From contig CAYSBE010000002.1 of the NCBI GenBank assembly GCA_964429245.1, positions 1-55,102 of the forward strand: 55,102 nt of DNA, given 5' to 3'. This document shows positions 18,498 to 27,600 of the stretch, piece after piece. Position numbers and translations under genes: made by a program. The notes beneath the pieces were generated by a model. It saw only the letters and a program-made list of their open reading frames with translations. It searched no databases and was not told where the DNA came from. This stretch comes from an uncultured Bifidobacteriaceae bacterium (GTDB lineage: Bacteria > Bacteroidota > Bacteroidia > UKL13-3). Every line of letters begins with the position of its first letter. Within the stretch, counting starts at the first letter, position 1.

Positions 18498-21380
18498 TTA
18501 ATTAAAAGGTATTACGAGTTTAACTTGAGTGCCTTCGATTAAACCGTTTTCATTTATTCGGTCCGTGATGTTCACAGCTAACGTGTTTTTATTATTCTTA
18601 TTTAATAATTCCAGTCTTTTCTTGTTGGCTTGATTTGAAAATGATTGGTGTTTGCTGTTTTTTATTTGATTAAGTTCTTGTGAACGTTTCATACCAATGC
18701 CATTATCTGATATTTTGATAATTAAATTTTTCTCATATTTTTCAAAATGAATAATTAAATATTTGTGTCCTTCTTTGTGCAATAAACCGTGTTTAATAGC
18801 ATTTTCAATATATGGCTGAATGAGCATAGGTGGTATTTTTACGAGGTCCAAATCAACTGATGAATCTACTGATATTGTGAAAATAAAGTCTTCATCAAAA
18901 CGCATTTTTTCTAAATCCAAATAAAGGGTAAGTGCTTCAATTTCGTCAGTAAGATTAACAAAATCTTTTTCGCTCATCTCTAAAATTGTTCTTGTGAGTT
19001 TCGAAAATTTTGACAAATAATTACTTGCATTTTTTTTATCGTTAATGAAAATATAGGATTGAATTGTATTTAGGGCATTATAAAAAAAATGCGGATTCAT
19101 TTGTGAGCGAATAGAAGTGAGTACCGATTTGCTTAACTCATTTTCTAACTCAACTTTTTCAGTAATGAGCTTGTTTTTTTTGATAAGCAAAATAATTTGC
19201 CATCTGTAATAAGCATAAGAAATAATGATAAAACAAATAATAGCAATAAGTATGAACCACCACTGTTGCCAAAACGGTTTATCTATAAATATTTGTAATT
19301 CTTCATTAGCTATGATACTATCATTTAATTTGAATCTAAGTTTGTAATTGCCCGGTGCAAGTGATGCAAATTCGATAACACGATTGCTTGATGATATTGG
19401 CTTCCAACCTTCATCATTTATGGAATAATACAAAAGATTACTTTGGTTTGATACAAAATCAAAAAGGGTAAAATGAATAGTAATATTGTTTTGAAAATAT
19501 CTTAACTTATAAAATGGCTGTAGTGTTTGTAGCACTTCATTAATTTTTATTTGGCTTATTGCAAAATCAAGTTGTGATTTAGATAATGAATAATTTGATA
19601 AAGTAGTTGATATAATTCCGGTATGTGTTAGCACATGAACTTGCCGACCTTCTACTATAATATCTGCAATTTCATTGGTTTTAATGCTTAGTGGTAATTC
19701 TCCAACTTTCTCGATTTGATTGCGCGTGGATAAGAATATCATCTTGTTATCTCCAACAACACACATAATAGAATCAAATTGTTTAATTTTTTTTACATCC
19801 GAAATTTGAATAGAATGAACTTGATTAATAATTGTAATGTCCGTATCATTTATAATTTTATATAATAAACCTTTTGGTGAACATACAAAAAGTTTATTCC
19901 CATCAAGCACCATTTGTGTTCCATAAATTTTCTCTTTTTGAAAGAGTATTTCCTTGTTATTGCTTAATGTTTGTTTAAATAATCCAAGATTAGATGCATA
20001 ATATATAGCTTTCTGTTTAGCATTGTATACGATTGATTTTGCTCTCAAACCACTTTGTATATAAGCGAATCCGGTATTAATAATATTTGATTTATAAAGA
20101 GCATCCCATTCTGAAACCGCGTTTTGCATTGCCGTTGGGGATTTTAATATACCTACACTGCCGCTTGCTGCATAAGCGTAATACTTATCATCAATGCGGG
20201 CAACTTCTTTTATAGCATATGCATTAAATGAGGCGGAAGACAAATCACCTCCTGGGTAAATAGTTGTGCCTTGAGAAGAAACAAATAAATTTTGATTGAC
20301 AATATCGGCATATGCATAATACACTGAAGACTTTACTTCGTTGCGTTTTGCCAAATTGTATTTGGTTACTTTTTTGTCAATTGATAGTATTTCATCTTTT
20401 TTGGTGAAAACATAATAACCATTTTTGTGAACAATCATTACAGATGGTTCAACATCTTTGAGGTGTAAAAAGCGATTGTTAATGCTTGGTACTAATAGTA
20501 TGCCATTATTGGTGGTTCCTATCCAATAGTTTTGATATTTATCCATCATCACATTTGAAATGCTGTACTGACTAAAAAGTATTTGGGGCATTGCCCCTTG
20601 TTTATGAAACTTAACACCCTCGGAGGTTAGCACCCAAAATTGTGTATTAAATTGAGCAAATCCCAATATCAATTTTGAATCATCCTTTAAGATGATTGAT
20701 AAGTTGTTATTATTGGCGAGTTCATATACTTGTTTGTTCTCGTTATATTTTGACACAACAAATATTCTGTTATCGCTTGTATAGAGCTGGTGAACGGCTT
20801 CTTTTATATCTAATGTTAAAGGCAATATGGTAAGTGACAAACTTTCATCAATCATGCAAATTTTATTTCCACCTATAAAATAAAATGCCTTGTTAGTTGC
20901 ACAAGAGTGTTTAGCATTATCAATTGGGTAAGCTATGGTTTTTGATTTTACAAGCGTTTTTATATCGTAAACATCTATTCCATTTTGTTGTAATAAAAAT
21001 AGATATTTATTGGTCATGCCAATAGGGAAAAAACCTATAGGTTTATTTTGATTAAGTGCGATTAATGAATCGTGATGTACATAATAGCAATATCCGTCAA
21101 AATTTTGATACCAAATTCTGCCTTCGCTATCTTCAATAATACTACTACCAGACGAGGATGTTTGCGTACTACTTCTATAAGTGGTAAAAGATATACCATC
21201 ATATCTACACAACCCTTCGTTACTGGCAATCCAAATAAAACCTTTTTTGTCTTGATGAATATCGTAAACAGCATTGGATGGCAATCCAACACCATCATTT
21301 ATATGTATAGCATAAGGTTCTTGTGCTTTTGCAACAAAACAACTAAGCACTAAAATAAAGAGAAATACTTTTTTCAACAT
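18498..21380 (-). CDS. Sensor histidine kinase: periplasmic beta-propeller (Reg_prop repeats) + Y_Y_Y domain + TM + LytS/YehU-type His_kinase + HATPase
   Basis: 960 aa. Signal peptide; GLPSNAVYDIHQDKKGFIWIASNEGLCRYDG-type blades; TM WWFILIAIICFIIISYAYY; NPHFFYNALN H-box; DNGIGM ATPase motif. A TAGATTTG -7 box lies at 21394-21401 (minus strand). Confidence 0.9.
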   Translation of the reverse strand: MLKKVFLFILVLSCFVAKAQEPYAIHINDGVGLPSNAVYDIHQDKKGFIWIASNEGLCRYDGISFTTYRSSTQTSSSGSSIIEDSEGRIWYQNFDGYCYYVHHDSLIALNQNKPIGFFPIGMTNKYLFLLQQNGIDVYDIKTLVKSKTIAYPIDNAKHSCATNKAFYFIGGNKICMIDESLSLTILPLTLDIKEAVHQLYTSDNRIFVVSKYNENKQVYELANNNNLSIILKDDSKLILGFAQFNTQFWVLTSEGVKFHKQGAMPQILFSQYSISNVMMDKYQNYWIGTTNNGILLVPSINNRFLHLKDVEPSVMIVHKNGYYVFTKKDEILSIDKKVTKYNLAKRNEVKSSVYYAYADIVNQNLFVSSQGTTIYPGGDLSSASFNAYAIKEVARIDDKYYAYAASGSVGILKSPTAMQNAVSEWDALYKSNIINTGFAYIQSGLRAKSIVYNAKQKAIYYASNLGLFKQTLSNNKEILFQKEKIYGTQMVLDGNKLFVCSPKGLLYKIINDTDITIINQVHSIQISDVKKIKQFDSIMCVVGDNKMIFLSTRNQIEKVGELPLSIKTNEIADIIVEGRQVHVLTHTGIISTTLSNYSLSKSQLDFAISQIKINEVLQTLQPFYKLRYFQNNITIHFTLFDFVSNQSNLLYYSINDEGWKPISSSNRVIEFASLAPGNYKLRFKLNDSIIANEELQIFIDKPFWQQWWFILIAIICFIIISYAYYRWQIILLIKKNKLITEKVELENELSKSVLTSIRSQMNPHFFYNALNTIQSYIFINDKKNASNYLSKFSKLTRTILEMSEKDFVNLTDEIEALTLYLDLEKMRFDEDFIFTISVDSSVDLDLVKIPPMLIQPYIENAIKHGLLHKEGHKYLIIHFEKYEKNLIIKISDNGIGMKRSQELNQIKNSKHQSFSNQANKKRLELLNKNNKNTLAVNITDRINENGLIEGTQVKLVIPFN

Positions 21381-21516
21381 TCAATGAATGAAACAAATCT
21401 AATTATTTAATCCTATGTATTCTTTCAGATTTACCAACTGCCAAATTTTTCATATTAACAGCCTCTTGTGATTGATATAGCTTTATTATCAGCAATGTAT
21501 TTTTATAATAAATATC

Positions 21517-21572
21517 TTCATCAAATTAAATCAATGGTTCATGCATTGAAATTTGGGTTTCATCAAACTGCA
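21517..21572 (+). promoter_or_regulatory. Three direct repeats phased at exactly 21 bp (TTCATCAAATT / TTCATGCATTG / TTCATCAAACT); candidate LytTR-regulator binding sites
   Basis: TTCAT starts at 21517, 21538 and 21559. Repeats 1 and 3 match at 10 of 11 positions. A near-consensus -7 box, CAATTTTG, follows at 21596-21603, and the ATG of the 2588-aa gene is at 21626. Confidence 0.35.
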
Positions 21573-21625
21573 CAATTATTAATTATTACTAAAGTCAATT
21601 TTGGGCAAAATCAATAATATCATTT

Positions 21626-24600
21626 ATGAAAAAGTTACTATTAGTTTTTGCTATCATCTTTACAATGTTACACGCAAAAGCACAACCTATTTTAAACTGG
21701 CAGGGAACTGCTGGTACATCAACACCTATTCGTGTAAACGCTACTGCGTATGATGAGTCAGGAAATCTATATGTAGGTGGATATTTCCAAAGCAATATTG
21801 ATTTAGATTTTGGCCCGGGGGAGGCCATACTCACTCCTGTTGGCTCTTATGATGCATTTGTTGCTAAGTACAATGCATTTGGTGAATTTCAATGGGCGCG
21901 CAGAATTGGGGGAAGCAGTGGAGATCAGGTAAACGGAATTTATTTTGCCAATGGCGAACTAGTGGTTACCGGATTTTTTCTGGGTACTACTATCTTCAAT
22001 TCCCCCTTGTTCAATCCACAACTAGTATCAAATGGAAGCAGTGATATTTTTGTTGTGCGATATAGTACTACTGGAAATATTGTGACATCACCAATAAAAA
22101 TTGGTGGTACTGGAAATGATGAAGCTGCTGGAGTTAAAGTTGATGCCGTAGGAAATATTTATTTGTTTGGTGCTATTGGAAGTGCAAACGTGAATTTCAA
22201 TTTAAGTGGCTCAACACTATTATCATCTAGCGGGTCAAATGATGGTTTTGTGGCTAAGTATGATGTAAATTATACGGTACAATGGGTAAAAGGTTATGGT
22301 GGAGGAGTAGGTATAAATGATATCGTTTATGATTTAGATATTGACCAACAAGGCAATGTATACGCAGTTGGTGAATTTGGAGGTGCCGTGTCTAATTTCA
22401 ACAATGGTGTTACCCTTAACACAGCAGGAAATGCTGATGGATTTGTTGCTAAAATTAATAATCTTGGAAATACCTTGTGGGCACGTAGAATTGGAAGCAC
22501 TGGAAATGACATGATTCGTAATTTAAAATTGGATGGCAAAGGTGCAGCATATATAAGCGGAACATTCTCTTCAGGTCCTGTAAATTTAAATCCAAATGGT
22601 ACTGCCATTAATTTTAGTTCATTGGGATCAACAGATGGTTTTGTTTCGAAGTTGGATACCAATTTAGCAACTGCAACTTGGATTAAACATTTTGGTGGAA
22701 ACGGTGCTGATAATATTTATGCGTTGGATATAGATACGCTTGGCAATGTTTACACAACTGGAGCTTTTTCAACCACTGCATTATTTCCGGTTGGAACATC
22801 TGCCTCTTCGTTAACAAGTTCTGGTGTTGAAGATGTTTTTGTAAGTAAAATAAACACTTTAGGAAACTATGTATGGTCGTATCGTAGAGGTGGTGCATTG
22901 GCTGATTTAGGTCGTGGAATTTCTGTATCGAAAAATGGCAATCACGTTTTTGTGGGCGGTACAGAAGGTAATACGCTCTTCCTTTCTAAACTGGGAGAGT
23001 GTAATGATGTAGGAATAATTACTGGCGATAAAAACCTTTGTGCCACGTCACAAAAAGTATATTCTGTTGCTGCCGTTGCCGGTGCAACCTCATATATTTG
23101 GACATTACCTTCAGGTTGGAGTGGTACATCTACAACAAATAGCATTACAGTAACACCTTCAACAAATGGAGGGAATATTACAGTTACCCCTATTACAACT
23201 TGTGGTAATGGCTTTAATCGCTCAATTAGTATTGTGTATGGAATAACTGCAATCGACAATAATTTGGTTCGTCATTGGCTAGCTGATAGCGCAGACAATA
23301 ACAGAGACCGTTTAAATAATTTTCAACTAACGCTTACCAATACAGTAAAAGATACCGACCGATTTTCTACACCAAATGCTGCTTATCGCATTTCAAATAG
23401 CACAGGATTTATAGGCACCGGAGGAAGTTTACCAACAGGCAATACCTCTATTGCTTTTTGGTACTACTATCAAAAAAATGGAGGTATTAACAATGTCATA
23501 CTTGGAAGTAACACAGGAACGGTACCAGCCGGACACCCATTAATGCTCATAGATAATAATGCTGAACGCATTTATCCTTGGTCTAATACAGGAACTGCTA
23601 TTGGTTCAGGATCCGTTATTGCACCAAACACTTGGCATCATATTACGTTAGTGAGGAATGGATCAAGCTTTGTATTTTATTTAAACGGGGCACAAGTAGC
23701 AACAGGAACAAACTTGGCTACCACTAATTTTGACCGTATAGGTAACAATCGACCGGGTTTTGAAACCCAAGGAGCTACTGGAAAATTTGATGAAATCAGA
23801 ATTTATAATATCCAAATTGACGCTATTCAAGTACAAAATATATACAACTTTGGGCAAGTGCGCAGACTCAATATTTCGCAGGCAGCTTGCTCGGGCAGCA
23901 CTGCTCAACAAAGCATTCAATTTTCTGCTATGGGTGCAAACTATCAATGGTTTAAAAATACACAAACTGCAGGTACAAATTCAGCAAATTATGCAAATAC
24001 GTTTGTAACAGGTGATACGCTCATACAGGTGAGTACCGAAAACCAATGTATAACAGAAACATATAGAAAAGCATATGTAGTAAGCAATCCAACATCAAGC
24101 AATATAACTGCTACTGCATGCGGAACATTTATGGTTGGCAATAAAGCATATTACCGTTCAGGCCAATATACCACAACGCTTAAAGGTATAAATGGATGCG
24201 ATAGTGTGGTGAATTTAAACTTAACAATCAACAATACAACCGCATTAAAAATTGATACCAATTTAATAGGTCATTTTACCATGAATATGGGAGATACCTT
24301 GGCCAATGCAAGCATTATTAAAAACAGGGTTGGTGCAATCACCCTATCGCAAACAAGTTTAAAACTATATACAAGTGATAGGCATTTAAACCCAGGCGCT
24401 GCTATAAATATGGCTGAGCCATTTTACTTTTCGAATCTGATACCTTATACCAATACTACCTTCTCATTTTGGTATAGATACGAGCAACCTTCAGTTCCTC
24501 TAACACAATACCTATTGGGTGGAAATCTTTTTGGAACAAATGGAATGTATCTTGGCGTAAATAGTGCGAATCGATTATTCTCAAACGACAACTTTGGTAA

Positions 24601-27600
24601 TAGTTCAAATGGATCTACTGCGCTTGATACTAACCAGTGGTATCATATCACTATTGCTTTTGCAAGTAATAATAGTGCGAGCGTCTATTTAAATGGTGTA
24701 CTGCAATACACCATTATAGGTTTAGCAACCGCTCCCATTTCTACAATTGGTGGTTTTCAAGGTATTTCAAATAGCGGGTTTGGAAAAATAGATGACATAC
24801 GCATATTTAATAAGCAACTTAACGCAACGCAAACGAGTCAATTAGTAAAAAGACCTTCTCTTTTAAGTTGGAATCCAACAAATAATTTGTGTGTTGGAGA
24901 AACTTTTAACTATAACTTAGCAATTAGCGATACCAATGAAACCATCTTTGAAGTATATAGAAATACTACACTAGTTGGAACAAACCCAATGGGTGCGTTT
25001 AGTAATATCACAAAAGCTGATACCTCTATTACTATTAAAGTACTTAACAATTGCACATTTGAACAGTATCATACCCGTCTTTTTATTAATCAAGAATATG
25101 ACACCATTCGTGCAGCGGTTTGTGGCAGTTATTCATTTAACGGAAAAACTTACACCAACAGCGGCTTATACCGTGATACAATTATTCACTCTTCAACCTG
25201 CACATCATTTTACACCATGTTTATTAACGTAAATGATACCAATGCCAATCGTGCTTCTTCAAATGGCTTGATTCGCTATTGGTCTGCAAATGCTTCAGAC
25301 ATAGGTCGCGATTTGACAGGTGGCGATACTTTGTCGTTGGTAGGAACGGTTGAATACAATGTTGGCAGATCAGGAACTGCTTCTTCAGGATTAAGAATAC
25401 TTGGAACAACTGCAGTCATTCGTACCAATATTCCTCCAATGAATGTGGGAACGATTTCTTTTATGTACAGACACGGTGCAGAAAACACAACCAAAGTCTT
25501 ATTAGGCTCAAACACAAATTCACTTCCTAATGGGAATCCACTTTTAGTTGTTGTTAATAATAATTTCCAAGTATGGAATAATACCGGAACAGGCACTCCA
25601 ATTTCTGCTTTTGTTAACAACAACTGGTATCACATCGTTTTAGTGCGTAATGGATCAAACTACAAACTTTATTTAAATAATAATTTAGTTTCAGAAGGAA
25701 ATAATTTATCCGTATCAAATTTTGACAGGCTTGGAAACAACAGAGCAGGTTTCGAAACACAAGGTGCAAATGGTTGTATTTTTGATGATATTTTCATTTA
25801 TAACCGAGAACTAACCCCAACTGAAATTTCAATATTAGGCAGTTCAACCACTTTATTATCTGCGACCAAACCAACAGCGCTTTGTGTTGGCGCAGATGCT
25901 ACTGTTCGTTCATCATTTCAATCGGCAGGTGGCTGGAAATACAGCATTTGGAGAGGCAACAACAAAATAGCTGATACAACCTTTGCAACTATTTCTAATG
26001 TAACCTTAGCCGATACGTCAACAGTTGTAATCAAAGCTTTTAGCAATTGTAGAATAGTTGAGTATCCAATTGGATTAAACATCTCAAACCAAACCGCTGA
26101 TTTAAACAATGGCTTATTACGTTTTTGGACAATGAAAAATACAGAAAACCGCAATAGCTTAACTAATGGACAATCGCCATATTCAATTACAGGATCAATT
26201 ATCCCTGAATTAGGTCGCAATAATTTAGACACTAGCGGTGCTGTGCAAATTTTGGATAAAAATAACCATTGGATCAATACCGATTTAGCAACAACCGAAT
26301 TACAAAACGGACAACCATACACGGTTTCGTTTTGGCTCAGATCTACATTCAACAATCAAGGTTCCGAAGAAGGAATTCTTATTTCAAACAGCAATGCCAG
26401 TTCGGTTGCACCCTTACAACTGTCTGTTGGAAATCAACTTCAGGTTTTAAATAATGTAGGTCAACCAATTTATAGTAGTACCAACTTACCTGCTGGTATT
26501 TGGTATCATATTGTTTATGCCAATAATGGTGGTGGCTATTACAAACTAATAGTTAATGGTCAAATAGCTTCAGAAGGCTCAGGCTCGCTACCTAATTGGC
26601 GCCCAGAAAGAATTGGAAATGGACGTCCGGCTTTAACCAACAGAGGGGTTCGTGGAAGGTATGATGATATTATGATTTACAACCGTGTAATAACCGATGC
26701 AGAGGCTGTATCAATCTACAATATGCCCGCTATTATTAGCACTCCATTGGGATTGAGTTCTTGTAATAATAATTTGACGAGTTTTAAATGGGATATGCGC
26801 GATACTACACCTACGTCATATACCTTCTACAGAAATGCAAATACCACTTTTGCTGATTCTACTTCGCTTGGTTTTGTAGTAACTGCTGCAGACACAGTTG
26901 TAGGAATGAGAATTGACAAGGCATGTTCAACCATTAAACTAACTAGCCGCATCAATAAAAGCGTAACCAACTTAAACAATGGATTGGTTCGCTATTGGAC
27001 AATGAATGCCGTAGACAAGGAGCAATCTTTATCTCGTGCACCATTTGAACCTGTGCAACAATTTCAGCGAAGCTCAGTTACAAGTATGCCATATGTTTTG
27101 GGAGGGCAAGCTTTAAGCATGAACAATAAAGTGGATTATATTTTACTTTCGTTCGTAGCTACAGTAAATACCACCTTTTCATTATGGTATCGTCCAAATG
27201 CTGTTATTGGAACAGAAAGTGATCGTTCTATTTTAGGCTCTACAACAAGTTCAGTATTAAATGCTCAAGTTGTTGGAAGTGAATTAAGATTAAGGCCAGT
27301 TGGCACAAATGGAAATTATTTAGGATCGTCTTATTTCACACTAACACCAGGTGTTTTTCACCATATTGTTTTTACTAGAAATGGAACAAATTATGAAGTA
27401 TATGTAAACGATACTTTACGTTTATCAGGCACAGGTATATCACAATCCATAGTTCAGTATGTAGGAAATACAAATGGCTTTACATTCGGTGCGCTTGGCT
27501 TTTATGATAATATAGCTGTTTACAATCGAGCAATAGGTTCAGATGAAGCAAAAGCGTTGTTCCGTTTACCTAGTTTAACAGCCATACCGGATACTTCTGC

